IMG/VR virus record: IMGVR_UViG_3300046616_000188
Strand: one strand, 5' to 3'
Source of the DNA: a virus
DNA length: 64,000 nt
Below the pieces are notes generated by a model. The model saw only the letters and a program-made list of their open reading frames with translations, ran no database searches and was not told the origin of the DNA. This document shows positions 36,233 through 47,266 of this stretch, piece after piece. Positions within the stretch are counted from its first letter, which is position 1. Every line of letters starts with the position of its first letter. A program made the position numbers and the translations under genes.

Positions 36233-36739
36233 ATGACAATTACTATTACAGACCTACTCAATCTTCAGGACGAAATTTTTAAAATTAATGAAGCCAACGG
36301 CTTTTGGGAAATGGGTGTCGAGAACCGCTCCTTTGCACAGCACATCTCTCTGGTCCATTCGGAAATTTCTGAGGCTGTCGAGGCAGACCGCAAAGACCTT
36401 AACGATGATAAGCTCACGGAATATCTTGGCCGCGACGTAGAACTTGCCGACACCGCTATTCGTATCCTTGATTGGACCGGGGCTAACAAGTGGGCCTATA
36501 CCACGCAGTACGCAGAAGAATACTACGTCGATTATGCCGACTTCTCTGAATTCGCGGCTGAGCTTCATCTCCTCGTTTCTAGCTGGTACGCCACTGACAA
36601 TGTGGCATGGGGCTTCATCGTTCTAGACGAAATCGTTAAGTATGTGAATGACAACGATATTCCTTTCATGGAAATCATTGAGAAGAAGTTGCAGAAGAAT
36701 CGCGAGCGCGGTTACAAGCATGGTGGGAAGAATTACTAA
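36233..36739 (+). CDS. MazG-like NTP pyrophosphohydrolase
   Basis: LVHSEISEAVEADRK, ELADTAIRILD, KNRERGYKHGGK. Confidence 0.75.
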   Translation: MTITITDLLNLQDEIFKINEANGFWEMGVENRSFAQHISLVHSEISEAVEADRKDLNDDKLTEYLGRDVELADTAIRILDWTGANKWAYTTQYAEEYYVDYADFSEFAAELHLLVSSWYATDNVAWGFIVLDEIVKYVNDNDIPFMEIIEKKLQKNRERGYKHGGKNY

Positions 36740-36758
36740 TCAATTCAATTAGTAAAAG

Positions 36759-36790
36759 AAAATTACCCGCCAGTGAGGCGGGTAATTTTT
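36759..36790 (+). terminator. Rho-independent terminator
   Basis: AAAATTACCCGCC-N5-GGCGGGTAATTTTT. Confidence 0.8.
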
Positions 36791-36802
36791 ATGGAGAAAG
36801 AT

Positions 36803-37078
36803 ATGACAGAAGAAAAATTTTATATGCATCCAAAAGACATTGTCGAGCTTTTTAAAAAGTTCGAGATGGAAAAGAAGGATACGAAAAACCCAAAGAAAAC
36901 AAAGCCGACTGGTAGAAAGCGCCCGAAGAATCATGACGGCCTGCCTCTGATGGAACGCTGCCAAGCCATTCTCGGTAAGAGGATGCGCGAGCGCAAAGGC
37001 GTTGGGTATATGCTAGATGGTGTACACGTTTCGTGCGAACGACTATTGCGCGAAGCGGGTTTATTTTTGTTGGACTAA
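36803..37078 (+). CDS. Hypothetical basic protein
   Basis: GGAG RBS before ATG at 36803. Confidence 0.5.
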   Translation: MTEEKFYMHPKDIVELFKKFEMEKKDTKNPKKTKPTGRKRPKNHDGLPLMERCQAILGKRMRERKGVGYMLDGVHVSCERLLREAGLFLLD

Positions 37079-37089
37079 GATAATTTTAA

Positions 37090-37119
37090 CTTGACTTTTT
37101 AGAAGTTTTATGTTAAGAT
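37090..37119 (+). promoter_or_regulatory. sigma70-like promoter of the nrd operon
   Basis: (C)TTGACT-N17-(TGt)TAAGAT. Confidence 0.7.
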
Positions 37120-37177
37120 TTTAATCTTTCAATAATGAAAAATGGACTGTTCAAGTAGGCCAATAAGGAGGTGGCAG

Positions 37178-37567
37178 GTGTATAATATTGTCTTTTATTC
37201 CTCCGAAACTGGTAACACGCTTTCATTCATTAAGAAATTAGGTATGGAAGAAAACGCATTTCAGATAAAGTCTAAAATGCCAAATTTAGTAGAAATTTCA
37301 AGTCCTTACATTTTATTTATCCCGACCTACGCAGCAAATGACGGACGAGGGGCTATCCCAAAATCAATAGTAAAATTTCTAAATAATCAAAATAACAGAA
37401 CACTCCTCAAAGGTATTGTGGCTTCCGGTAATAAAAACTTCGGGAGCAATTTTTGTCTCGCGGGTGATCTGATTTCTAATAAATGTGACGTGCCAGTCTT
37501 ATATAGATATGAGCTACGAGGCACGCAGCACGACGTAACAAATGTAATGGATATTTTCAATGCTTGA
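37178..37567 (+). CDS. nrdI: Class Ib RNR flavodoxin (GTG start after AAGGAGG)
   Basis: [32 protein letters not shown]. Confidence 0.9.
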   Translation: MYNIVFYSSETGNTLSFIKKLGMEENAFQIKSKMPNLVEISSPYILFIPTYAANDGRGAIPKSIVKFLNNQNNRTLLKGIVASGNKNFGSNFCLAGDLISNKCDVPVLYRYELRGTQHDVTNVMDIFNA

Positions 37568-39674
37568 TTACCACTCTCTTAACGCACTACTGGCAATTCC
37601 CACGCACGATGGAAAAGTAAATTTCGACGCCGACAAAGAGGCGGCGCGTCAGTATTTTTTGAATCATATAAACCAAAATACCGTTTTCTTCCATTCTCTG
37701 GAAGAGAAAATCGCATACCTTATCGAGAATGAATATTACGAGCAAGACGTTTTTGATCTATATAAATTTGAAGATATCAAAAACCTATTCAAGACTATCT
37801 ACGATGTAAAATTCCGCTTCCCCTCATTCATGGGAGCTTTTAAATTTTATACTCAATACGCGATGAAGACGTTTGATGGCGAACGCTACATCGAACGCTA
37901 CGAAGATCGCGTCTGCATGACAGCGCTCTACCTTGGCCGTGGCGATTTAGCTCTGGCGAAAGATATCGCTTCTGCCATTGTTAAGGGTGAATACCAACCT
38001 GCTACGCCCACCTTCCTTAACTCCGGTAAGAAGCAACGCGGCGAACTTGTTTCATGCTTCCTTCTCCGTGTCGAAGATAATATGGAAAGCATCAGTCGTG
38101 CCATTAACTCTTCGCTTCAACTTTCTAAGCGCGGAGGCGGTGTTGCTCTCCTCCTCACAAACCTTCGTGAAGCCGGTGCGCCGATCAAGAAAATTGAGAA
38201 TCAAAGTTCAGGCGTTGTGCCCGTTATGAAAATTCTGGAAGATTCGTTCTCTTATGCGAATCAACTTGGTGCTCGACAGGGGGCAGGCGCGGTTTACCTC
38301 AACGTCCATCACCCCGACATTTTGACATTCCTCGACACGAAGCGTGAGAACGCTGATGAAAAGGTTCGCATCAAGACTCTCTCCCTTGGCTTAGTTGTTC
38401 CAGATATTACGTTCGAATTGGCAAAGAAGAATGAAGACATGTTCTTGTTTTCACCTTATGATGTTGAACGCGTCTACGGTAAACCGATGTCTGAAGTTTC
38501 TATTACAGAGAATTACTATGACATGGTGGCAAACACTGAGATTCGCAAGAAGTCAATCTCGGCTCGTGAACTGTTCCAAATCATCGCTAAGATTCAATTT
38601 GAATCCGGTTATCCATATCTGATGTTTGAAGACACTGTCAATAAGTTAAATCCTATTGATGGCGTGATCAACATGTCTAACCTTTGCTCAGAAATCCTAC
38701 AGGTAAACACCCCTTCTGTTTATGAAGACGATTTGGGCTACAAAGTTATTGGCAAAGACATTTCGTGTAATCTAGGTTCTCTTAACATTTACAACGCGAT
38801 GAAATCTGCCGATCTTGGTAGACTAGTTAGAACTTCGATCCTTGCCTTGAACACTGTTTCCGAAATGTCGTCTCTCGATAGCGTTCCTTCTATCCGTGAG
38901 GGTAATGCCAAGAGTCATGCCATCGGCTTGGGCCAAATGAATCTTCACGGCTATCTTGGTAGTGAAAAAATTCATTACGGCTCTGAGGAATCTGTTGACT
39001 TTACAAACATTTACTTTTATACAGTTTTATATCACGCATTGAAAGCTTCGAACGAACTGGCTAAGCTCCGTGGTAAATCATTCGACGGCTTTGAAAAAAG
39101 CGCTTACGCCGATGGGTCGTTCTTTGATAAATACATTAATCAAAAGTGGGAACCGAAGACTGAGCGTGTGAAAGAACTTTTCGATGGTAAGTTTATCCCG
39201 GCACAGGGAGATTGGGTCGATCTGGCTCAAGCCATTGTTATTGATGGTTTGTATAATCAAAATCTTCAGGCCGTTCCTCCTACAGGTTCAATCTCTTATA
39301 TCAACAATGCTACATCTTCGATTCACCCGATTGTCGAAAAGATCGAAGCTCGCAAAGAAGGTAAGATTGGTCGCGTTTATTACCCCGCACCACATCTCAC
39401 AAATGATAACTCGGAATATTTTGCCGATGCTTACGAAATTGGGCCAGAAAAAATTATTGATATCTATGCCGCCGCTACTCAGCACGTGGATCAAGGCCTG
39501 TCTCTGACATTGTTCTTCCCCGAGACGGCGACGACAAAAGATATCAACAAGGCTCAGATTTATGCGTGGAAGAAAGGTATCAAGACAATTTATTATATTA
39601 GAATTCGCAAAAAAGCTTTGGAAGCGAAAACAATAGAAGTAACTGAAGACTCTTGCGAAAGCTGCGTACTATGA
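37560..39674 (+). CDS. nrdE: Class Ib ribonucleotide reductase alpha subunit
   Basis: [31 protein letters not shown]. Confidence 0.95.
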   Translation: MLDYHSLNALLAIPTHDGKVNFDADKEAARQYFLNHINQNTVFFHSLEEKIAYLIENEYYEQDVFDLYKFEDIKNLFKTIYDVKFRFPSFMGAFKFYTQYAMKTFDGERYIERYEDRVCMTALYLGRGDLALAKDIASAIVKGEYQPATPTFLNSGKKQRGELVSCFLLRVEDNMESISRAINSSLQLSKRGGGVALLLTNLREAGAPIKKIENQSSGVVPVMKILEDSFSYANQLGARQGAGAVYLNVHHPDILTFLDTKRENADEKVRIKTLSLGLVVPDITFELAKKNEDMFLFSPYDVERVYGKPMSEVSITENYYDMVANTEIRKKSISARELFQIIAKIQFESGYPYLMFEDTVNKLNPIDGVINMSNLCSEILQVNTPSVYEDDLGYKVIGKDISCNLGSLNIYNAMKSADLGRLVRTSILALNTVSEMSSLDSVPSIREGNAKSHAIGLGQMNLHGYLGSEKIHYGSEESVDFTNIYFYTVLYHALKASNELAKLRGKSFDGFEKSAYADGSFFDKYINQKWEPKTERVKELFDGKFIPAQGDWVDLAQAIVIDGLYNQNLQAVPPTGSISYINNATSSIHPIVEKIEARKEGKIGRVYYPAPHLTNDNSEYFADAYEIGPEKIIDIYAAATQHVDQGLSLTLFFPETATTKDINKAQIYAWKKGIKTIYYIRIRKKALEAKTIEVTEDSCESCVL

Positions 39675-40618
39675 ATTTCTCTGGTGCTATTAATTGGAAT
39701 CAATTAGAAGATAACATGGATTTGGAAGTCTGGAACCGCATGACTTCCAATTTCTGGCTCCCCGAAAAAATCGCACTATCTAACGATATTGTGTCGTGGT
39801 CCACGATGAGCGAGATAGAAAAAGATACGTCGGTTAAGGTCTTTACCGGCCTTACGTATCTTGACCACTTACAAAGTTCAACTGGTGCCCCTTCTCTCAT
39901 GGTAGATGCCGTGACACAGCACGAAGAAGCTAACCTCGCTTTCATTGGTGCGATGGAGGCAATTCATGCTAGGTCCTATTCTTCAGTGTTTGCCACGCTG
40001 TGTAGCTCTTCTGAAATCGCGCAAGCGTTTGAATGGGCGAAAAACAATAAGCATCTTCAGCAGAAATATGAAATAGTAAACAAGTATTATGATGGAACCG
40101 ATCCTCTTATGAAGAAAGCGGCTTCGGTATTTCTAGAAAGCTTTATGTTTTACTCAGGTTTCTACTTGCCCCTTAAATTGTCGGCAAGGAAAAAACTTAC
40201 TAATACTGCGGATATTATTAAATTAATTATTGCAGATGAGGCGGTACATGGTTATTACATTGGATATAAATTCCAAGTAGCGGCCCGAAAGCTTTCTCAG
40301 CCAGATCGAGACGAGTTGGAGCAAAAAGTTAAAATCCTTCTCAACTCACTTTACGCCGTAGAAACGGCGTATGCTTATGAAATTTATAAAGATATAGGTT
40401 GGTACGAAGAAGTCATTCCGTTTCTTAACTACAATGCAAACAAAGCTCTGATGAATTTAGGCTATGACGAAATGTTCGACTTTAGTGAAACACAAGCCGA
40501 TCCTTCTGTCATTGCCGCACTCACGTCAGACGATAATCATGACTTTTTCTCTGGCGCAGGCTCAAACTACGTCATGGGTAAAGCAGTAGATACAGACGAC
40601 TCAGATTGGGATTTTTAA
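39671..40618 (+). CDS. nrdF: Class Ib ribonucleotide reductase beta subunit
   Basis: [33 protein letters not shown]. Confidence 0.95.
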   Translation: MNFSGAINWNQLEDNMDLEVWNRMTSNFWLPEKIALSNDIVSWSTMSEIEKDTSVKVFTGLTYLDHLQSSTGAPSLMVDAVTQHEEANLAFIGAMEAIHARSYSSVFATLCSSSEIAQAFEWAKNNKHLQQKYEIVNKYYDGTDPLMKKAASVFLESFMFYSGFYLPLKLSARKKLTNTADIIKLIIADEAVHGYYIGYKFQVAARKLSQPDRDELEQKVKILLNSLYAVETAYAYEIYKDIGWYEEVIPFLNYNANKALMNLGYDEMFDFSETQADPSVIAALTSDDNHDFFSGAGSNYVMGKAVDTDDSDWDF

Positions 40619-40620
40619 AA

Positions 40621-40866
40621 ATGTTTACGGTATATAGCAGAGATAATTGTGGGTTTTGCGTCAAGGCCTACGACCTTCTGGAAAAGAAGGGTGAAACTTA
40701 TAAAAGCGAAAAATTAGACACAGACGAAAAGGTGCAAGCCTTTATCGCTAAGGGTTTCAAACAGGTGCCGCAAATTTATCATAACGATGAGCATATAGGC
40801 GGATACGATAAGCTTGAAGCTTGGTACGCCGCGAGAGAAGTAGACGATAGTGCATTTGATGAATAA
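40621..40866 (+). CDS. Glutaredoxin / NrdH-like redoxin
   Basis: CGFC, QVPQI, IGGYD. Confidence 0.85.
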   Translation: MFTVYSRDNCGFCVKAYDLLEKKGETYKSEKLDTDEKVQAFIAKGFKQVPQIYHNDEHIGGYDKLEAWYAAREVDDSAFDE

Positions 40867-40898
40867 AAAGAAACCCCGCAATTGCGGGGTTTTTCTTT
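40867..40898. terminator. Bidirectional terminator between the two genome arms
   Basis: AAAGAAACCCCGC-AATT-GCGGGGTTTTTCTTT. Confidence 0.85.
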
Positions 40899-41148
40899 AT
40901 CTTTTATTATTTCTAACCATTCCATAACTAGAACTTAAACCATAGCGATCCTCGATTGCTTTGTTTAATGCAGTACCACCTTTATAAATATCATCTGCTA
41001 TAGAAGCTTTTATTACCACGTTAATGATTTCAGGTTTTGCAGCTTCGAAAAGTTTCAGGACATGTTCAGCCCCTAGCCTTTCAAATTCTTCCACCGTGAT
41101 ATCTACAGTAACATCTCCTGACGTGATCAGCATTACTTCTGGCCCCAT
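40897..41148 (-). CDS. Hypothetical protein
   Basis: 83-aa ORF ending the late arm. Confidence 0.5.
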   Translation of the reverse strand: MGPEVMLITSGDVTVDITVEEFERLGAEHVLKLFEAAKPEIINVVIKASIADDIYKGGTALNKAIEDRYGLSSSYGMVRNNKR

Positions 41149-41438
41149 TCTTCTTTTAGCTTGAGCGCGTTTGCGTTCTGCTTGTCGATCAACGCTGTTA
41201 GCTCTTTAAGTTTTAATTTACAATTGAGTCTAGCATCGTTTAATTTGGCAATAAATTCCCCTACTTCACGTTCAGTGTAAACACCCGTTGGCCTCTTGGG
41301 AAGTCCTGAGCAGGTGCGTAACGCAGCTGGAATCTCTATCGTATAAATTAAAGGCTCGTATTTAGTTATCGTCGTGCATCCGCTCAAGCTGACGCTGCAA
41401 GAGAGGAGACACAGCCCCATTATCGCTTTCAGGTTCAT
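41133..41438 (-). CDS. o-spanin (Rz1-like lipoprotein)
   Basis: Lipobox LSGC, Pro-containing; overlaps the i-spanin 3' end. Confidence 0.7.
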   Translation of the reverse strand: MNLKAIMGLCLLSCSVSLSGCTTITKYEPLIYTIEIPAALRTCSGLPKRPTGVYTEREVGEFIAKLNDARLNCKLKLKELTALIDKQNANALKLKEEWGQK

Positions 41439-41697
41439 TTCTTAAAATCTCCAATTCGTCTTCTAATTTTTGTGTCGCTTCGTTCTGTTGTGTTAAAAGA
41501 TTCTCTAGAGACTGCTGCGCCGCTTTAGAATTATCTACTTCTAATTTTTTGGAAGTAAAGGCAGCTTTGAAGTTATCTCTTTCAATGCCTATTTGCAGAA
41601 CGTCGTTTTTTAATTTTTGGTTCGCGGCGTACATGGAGCTAAAAGCTCCAAATACGAGTAGACCAACAATTACGTATGCTCCAATTTTCTCAAACAT
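41362..41697 (-). CDS. i-spanin (Rz-like)
   Basis: N-terminal TM then coiled coil; follows the endolysin. Confidence 0.7.
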   Translation of the reverse strand: MFEKIGAYVIVGLLVFGAFSSMYAANQKLKNDVLQIGIERDNFKAAFTSKKLEVDNSKAAQQSLENLLTQQNEATQKLEDELEILRNEPESDNGAVSPLLQRQLERMHDDN

Positions 41698-42773
41698 TAT
41701 TTATCCTCAAATGCTTTTCGGTAATTTTTATAAGCCGAAATAATCTTTTCCTGAGCAAAAATACCAAGTGCAGCAATGATCAAGAGGCTTAGGAAGATGG
41801 CTACAAGGATGCGCCAGTCTTGGAACCACGCCAGCGATCCAGCGAACGGAATCGATGTGAACCAATAACCGAAACGACCAAAGAAACCGGGCTGCATCGA
41901 AGGCGGCTGGCCAAGTACGGCGCTTGGGTCTTGACCTTGATCTTCAACAACTTCGGCAAGCTTCTGCTTCGTCAATGGTCCTACCTCACCATCCACGGTC
42001 AATCCATTTTCTTCCTGAAACTGCTTCACAACTTCCTGAGTATGGCCACCAAAATCACCATCAGCGTCTACGTCATAACCAGCGGTTTGTAGCGCGCTTT
42101 GGACCGCAACAACATCAGCGCCCTTAGTTCCGATATCTACGGTTGGGTTACTGTAAGAAACCGGAGTAAACTTAGAGCTATTCAATTTGGCCTGCCACTT
42201 GCGATCAGCATTAGCGAGCTTGACGTGGTAGTTGTTTGCTTTAAATTCTTTTCCATTATATCCAGCTGCGAATACTTCCCATTTAGCATCTTTCAAAGCT
42301 TGAAAAATACCTTTGGCTTGGGCGAATTTAATGATGCCTTCAAGTTGATTAGCTTCACTCTGCGCCAGCCATTGCACCAATGAAAGCGCGGTGGGGAATC
42401 CCAACATGGCGTGATTGAAGCCCATGACTTGGCCCATGCCGAACGATGTTGACATGGCTGCAACCTCGTCGCCAGCGATTGAGGCGCAAAGATCAATTCT
42501 GTCATATGAAGTCTTGGGATAATTTCTTACCCAAGTCTTATACGCAATACCAGCTTTTACAAGCTTGTCTCGCACAGCGCCTTTGGTGTAGCGATATGCC
42601 ACGTGGGGCTCGTACAGCGCGATCAAACGATTTGCGCTGTCGTAGCCCGATCCACGTGCTTCTACTTCTGCAACGGCTCTGAGACGCGATTCAGGGATGT
42701 TATATTTCGTGGCTAGAGCGGTGAAATCAGCCGCGCTAATTTTTCGCCCTGTGCCGTAATAAAAGTTTGTCAT
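41697..42773 (-). CDS. Endolysin: N-acetylmuramidase (DUF3380) + PG-binding domain + C-terminal TM
   Basis: VAEVEARG, LYEPH, STSFGMGQVMGFN, YNG; DGDFG/DGEVGP repeats; hydrophobic C-terminus. Confidence 0.85.
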   Translation of the reverse strand: MTNFYYGTGRKISAADFTALATKYNIPESRLRAVAEVEARGSGYDSANRLIALYEPHVAYRYTKGAVRDKLVKAGIAYKTWVRNYPKTSYDRIDLCASIAGDEVAAMSTSFGMGQVMGFNHAMLGFPTALSLVQWLAQSEANQLEGIIKFAQAKGIFQALKDAKWEVFAAGYNGKEFKANNYHVKLANADRKWQAKLNSSKFTPVSYSNPTVDIGTKGADVVAVQSALQTAGYDVDADGDFGGHTQEVVKQFQEENGLTVDGEVGPLTKQKLAEVVEDQGQDPSAVLGQPPSMQPGFFGRFGYWFTSIPFAGSLAWFQDWRILVAIFLSLLIIAALGIFAQEKIISAYKNYRKAFEDK

Positions 42774-45700
42774 TACGTTACCAATCTGCTAAATTGTGAT
42801 GAATAGAGATAACCATTGCCACCGGCATAACTATCGATTGTACTTACTCTGTAATAATATGTCGTGCCCGACGCTAGGCCTGTGATAGATACGCCCAAGG
42901 CATTTCCATCAAATACTCTGTTACCCACGGCAGGGGTAAAGCCATTGGTGGTGCTCATGAACACTTGATACTTAGTCACATCAGATAATGCGACAGCGCT
43001 CCAAGTAATATCAATTCTGCCCGCTGAAGGGCTTGTTGAACTAATTGTCGTTGGGGCAGGAGGTGCAGTATCAGCGACATTCAATGTAGTTTCAGGACCA
43101 GTCAAACTTGCGTTTTCTGCATTGACTTTGACCGAGAAATTACGCCAAGGTCCACCATCTGCCACTATCTGCGAGTTGCTATAAAAATAATTATTGGTAG
43201 TGACTGTGGTCGTTCTGATCAGTGCGCCAACGTTATTATAAATTTTAACTCTGTATAAATTAGCGCTTGTTACAGTGTTCCATTGAATATTAGATTCAAC
43301 GCCGGTATAAGGATTGGCAATTGATAATCCAGTAACCGCGCCAAGGGTTAGACCAAGAATTTGGTCCACTACCGCAGCGGATTCGCCGTAATCATTTATT
43401 GCGTAAACATTAACTTGGATTCTGGACCAAGGTCCGCCTACCGCTGTAACTTCTGAAGAAGTCCAAGACAAGAAAGGAGAACTAACAGTTTTTGAAAGTT
43501 TAACGGTGTTAAACGTTCCACTGCCGGGAGAACTTTCAATCAGCACTTCCCCTCGGTAAGACGTGGCACGAGGCGCGGCGTTAAACGTTGCCTGAATCGT
43601 ACCGCCGTTGACATCAGCTGTCGCATCTAGATTACTTACAAGACCCGGCGTTAGTGAAGGCGTGCCGAAGTTTTGCGGATTAGGATTGATGTACTTCCAA
43701 GGTCCAATAATATTATTTAAAGCCGCAACCCTTACATAAACATCACCAGCATTCGCAATAATCTGAAAGTTAGTGTTTGGCCCGCTATAAACCGTTAGCC
43801 AATTGATGCCGTCGTAAGAAATTTGCAGAATATAGCTCGTGGCTCCAATAGCACCGGCCCACATTGCGTTGATCAATACTGGATCGCTGCCGCTCAAAGG
43901 GTCTTGAGAAATATGCAAACTTGTGATGGATGGTCCATCTGGAATAACACCGGGGCCTAAATATGTTACACCGGGAGGAGGTGTACCAGCATCGGCGGCA
44001 TAAACCCTAGGGTCATCTATCACAAGAGATAGATCAACTTTATCAACACCTCTCATTGTGGTGCCGACAACAATAAATCTTTTCTTGTACTCAGTTGTGG
44101 AACCTAATACAAAAGCCGTTTCTTTTGCATCTCCTTCCAGAGACAGCACCTCTTCAATGGTCATCCCCTGAGAAAGTTCTAGGGCTTCCAACGATCCCGT
44201 TTCTAACCTCACTTCGTTAGAGAAATCATTTTCAAATACTTCTATAGGCCCAAACTCTTTGCCGTCGCGTCTTCTCAGAGAAATGTAATTAGGCTGTGCC
44301 CCACTTAATGTTACACTCCTATCAAAAATTAAAACCTTATCAATCGGTAAGTAATCTGCCACAAGGCCGTTTTGTGACCATCCCGGTACGTCATGGCTGA
44401 CAATTACTGGATCACCTTTAAGCAATAGTCTTCCATCTGCTTCGGTAGAAACCGATGCAAAAATTCGCCTATATGAATTAGACGCCGCTCGATACATTCC
44501 TTCGCGCCAAGCCTGCGATCTATTAGTGATGCCAAATATTTGAACCCTAGCTGGCTTAGTTGAATTAGAACCGGGTAATGTGCATTGAACTTCAGAATTT
44601 ACCCACGTCGTGCTATCCATAAATTCAACAATTACGTCATCGGCACTGTCTTCACCTTTAGCAATATGCGTAGACTTAAAAGTGTTTTTTAGAATTGACT
44701 GAGGCGTGATAACTGTGCGCGCCAAGGCTCGCTGCTGATCCCTGACGAACGTAATCATTCCCGCGACTAGAATTGGCTGCGTTCTGACAACAGAAAGAAC
44801 AGACGTTAGCGCGTCCCAAAGGGTCTTCGACGTGTCAAACACCCCATTGAACGAATCCCCTCTAGCGGTATAAACACTGTGTAGGTTTGAAAGTTTCTGA
44901 ATATCAATTCGACTATCTGGCAATCCCGCGCCATATACGGTATTTCTTAATATATCAGCTGCGATCCAAGCTGGTGAGTTAGTGTAAACCGGCGAAGTCC
45001 AACTCTGAGACGCATCACTCCATGTTGGAAGTTTGCTTCTTTGGATCGTGTTGATTTGTGTCGAGCTTTGATTTGTCAGCTGATTCGACGCTCTAATCTT
45101 TACTGCAAGAAGTGTGACATCTGGATAAATGTTGTCATCTGGAATAAAGGCGCGCAGGGCTTGCCAAATAATGTCGTTACCGTAACGAGCATCAGTTTGT
45201 TTTGTGCTAGTTCTTCTTACTTGAACTTCGTATCGACCTAGACTTACGTATATATCTCTTGTGTAACGACGCTGTGTCTGATCGGCCAATGTAAATGATT
45301 CATTTAATACAGTGACGAATGAACCGATTGGATCACCAACGTTATTGATCTCTCTTACTTGCACGGTATAACTGACTGAAGCATTGCTAAGACCTCCAGC
45401 GTCATTAGCGTAATACAGACCGCGCGGTAAAACAATATCAACTTGTAAATGGTCCGTGGCTTGGTTGTTCGGGTTGGCCACGTAAGGGCCTACCCAATCC
45501 GAAGTGTTGATCATCTCCTGTCCATTTACTTCTGACGAAGTATTGACGTTGGATGGAAACAACGTGATGCGGCCACCGGGAGGAATAATCTCTAACTGAA
45601 CGTTAGAGAAAGTGCTGCTCAATCCAGTAGATGAGTCCCAAAGCTCTGTCTCACCAATATTAATCTTATCTACATCGTAATAACCCACACCTAGGCAGAG

Positions 45701-46282
45701 CAATTCGTAGAGATACTGATCATTATTTTCGAAATTTTGATACGGCTGTGACGCAAAGTCTGGAAATAGGATATGCTTCCCATAAAGCCTTGGGATAGGT
45801 TCTAACAGACGCGCTCTGTTGCCTTGGGCTTCCAAGTTATATGTAGGGCTAGCAGCTTCACTTGATTGCTGAGACTTGCTCTTTGGAACGTTAGGTCCTA
45901 GGAACGCATTAATTAAAAATGTTCCGCCAAGAACGATAGCTGCTGAAATAAGCCCTAAGCCAATAGCACTTGTGACACCAATAAGTCCGCCAATGGCTCC
46001 TGCGAGCGGGCCTGCGACAATGCCTAAAGCAATAACAGCAATTGTTCTTAAAATATTTTTAAACTGCTGTCCACGAGGGATGATGATGAATTTAATTTCA
46101 TCCTCTTTGATGCCAATCGTTTTACCCCAATCCTTACGAAAGATCGGTTCGCCGTTTCTGACACAGATTACTGGCTCGCTTTTATAGGGCGCACCTAGTC
46201 TATCAGCTAGATCATAATAAGTGTCGCTGCAAACATAGTTGTCAAATTTTAATTTTGCAAATGGTGTGTTATATTCAATCAT
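42773..46282 (-). CDS. Central tail tip / host-specificity protein (lambda J-like) with FnIII domains
   Basis: PIPRLYG, YPDVTLLAVKIRASNQL, FnIII-type C-terminus. Confidence 0.85.
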   Translation of the reverse strand: MIEYNTPFAKLKFDNYVCSDTYYDLADRLGAPYKSEPVICVRNGEPIFRKDWGKTIGIKEDEIKFIIIPRGQQFKNILRTIAVIALGIVAGPLAGAIGGLIGVTSAIGLGLISAAIVLGGTFLINAFLGPNVPKSKSQQSSEAASPTYNLEAQGNRARLLEPIPRLYGKHILFPDFASQPYQNFENNDQYLYELLCLGVGYYDVDKINIGETELWDSSTGLSSTFSNVQLEIIPPGGRITLFPSNVNTSSEVNGQEMINTSDWVGPYVANPNNQATDHLQVDIVLPRGLYYANDAGGLSNASVSYTVQVREINNVGDPIGSFVTVLNESFTLADQTQRRYTRDIYVSLGRYEVQVRRTSTKQTDARYGNDIIWQALRAFIPDDNIYPDVTLLAVKIRASNQLTNQSSTQINTIQRSKLPTWSDASQSWTSPVYTNSPAWIAADILRNTVYGAGLPDSRIDIQKLSNLHSVYTARGDSFNGVFDTSKTLWDALTSVLSVVRTQPILVAGMITFVRDQQRALARTVITPQSILKNTFKSTHIAKGEDSADDVIVEFMDSTTWVNSEVQCTLPGSNSTKPARVQIFGITNRSQAWREGMYRAASNSYRRIFASVSTEADGRLLLKGDPVIVSHDVPGWSQNGLVADYLPIDKVLIFDRSVTLSGAQPNYISLRRRDGKEFGPIEVFENDFSNEVRLETGSLEALELSQGMTIEEVLSLEGDAKETAFVLGSTTEYKKRFIVVGTTMRGVDKVDLSLVIDDPRVYAADAGTPPPGVTYLGPGVIPDGPSITSLHISQDPLSGSDPVLINAMWAGAIGATSYILQISYDGINWLTVYSGPNTNFQIIANAGDVYVRVAALNNIIGPWKYINPNPQNFGTPSLTPGLVSNLDATADVNGGTIQATFNAAPRATSYRGEVLIESSPGSGTFNTVKLSKTVSSPFLSWTSSEVTAVGGPWSRIQVNVYAINDYGESAAVVDQILGLTLGAVTGLSIANPYTGVESNIQWNTVTSANLYRVKIYNNVGALIRTTTVTTNNYFYSNSQIVADGGPWRNFSVKVNAENASLTGPETTLNVADTAPPAPTTISSTSPSAGRIDITWSAVALSDVTKYQVFMSTTNGFTPAVGNRVFDGNALGVSITGLASGTTYYYRVSTIDSYAGGNGYLYSSQFSRLVT

Positions 46283-46691
46283 TTTTGTACTTATAAAAAT
46301 TAAATCTACGCCAGCCTGAAGCTTTTAAAATAATTAGAGGATCAAAAGTTACACCAGCAACTGAGCAATGTAGAATTCCACCTCCATCAATATCGAGGTA
46401 GACACCTACATGATTGGGATGGAAAGAATTAGAAAGTTCAACTACGCCGCCGTGGGTGGGGTGATCTACTTTTTCCCAATTCTGATGCTCCGGGTGTTCC
46501 TTAATAAATTTAATCAAGTCTCGGACTTTGTCAGAAGGCGGTTCAATAATTTGTAGATCACGGCCAAAAGCTTCTTTCTGAATATGTCTGACCAGACCCC
46601 AGCAATCAAAAGTGTCTGGCCCCATGGAACCAGACTCATATTTTACGCCCAAAACAGAATAGACTAAATTAACTAATTCTTCATTGTTCAT
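46275..46691 (-). CDS. NlpC/P60 tail assembly protein (lambda K-like)
   Basis: FDCWGLV, HVGVY, ILH. Confidence 0.85.
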   Translation of the reverse strand: MNNEELVNLVYSVLGVKYESGSMGPDTFDCWGLVRHIQKEAFGRDLQIIEPPSDKVRDLIKFIKEHPEHQNWEKVDHPTHGGVVELSNSFHPNHVGVYLDIDGGGILHCSVAGVTFDPLIILKASGWRRFNFYKYKND

Positions 46692-47266
46692 TAGATTAGG
46701 CCTCTGAATTCCTCTGGCCTGTACAGTTTACCGGGGAAGTTTCTATTAACTAGGTCCGCGAAACTGGCAGTTGCCGTGACACGAGTAACAGTAGAATCAA
46801 TTGATTGGATGGACATTCCATTTAAAATGAATTGAGGAACTTCCAAATCATTTAGTAAGTATTCTCTGTAGGTCACTTCGATGTTGGTATCTAGTTCAAC
46901 AACATCGTCAAGATATTTGCCGACTTCTCTCGTTACGTTATCAATAATAATTTCAATTGTTGGCAGACTTCCCTCTTGCTGTGACGGCAATTCAAAGTCA
47001 AACATGCAAGATACGTACTTAACAGTTTCACCAGCATCCATCGGTGCATCATCTTCAAGCTTTAATTCATACCCAAAAATGTCTGGATCACCTTCTTCAA
47101 GAAGTACACCGTAATCTCTTACCAGTCTGATCGGGGCAGGATTTCCATCACTATCTACAAAAGATGGGTGACGCAGTTCCAAAGTATATAAAATAATTAC
47201 GTCGGTTGGCGCTGATGCATATGCCTCTTGTATCGCCAAGCTCCAGATTTCGTCGGATGTAGTCAT
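46691..47266 (-). CDS. Tail tip protein (DUF1833 / lambda L-like)
   Basis: EAYASAP, LELRHPSF, IDNV, FP..LY. Confidence 0.8.
   Translation of the reverse strand: MTTSDEIWSLAIQEAYASAPTDVIILYTLELRHPSFVDSDGNPAPIRLVRDYGVLLEEGDPDIFGYELKLEDDAPMDAGETVKYVSCMFDFELPSQQEGSLPTIEIIIDNVTREVGKYLDDVVELDTNIEVTYREYLLNDLEVPQFILNGMSIQSIDSTVTRVTATASFADLVNRNFPGKLYRPEEFRGLI

Noticed and set aside
33917-36739. Hypermodified-base biosynthesis cluster
   Set aside because: dNMP kinase, ThyX and MazG-like genes are present, but no hydroxymethylase, glycosyltransferase, PurZ or queuosine-pathway genes were recognised
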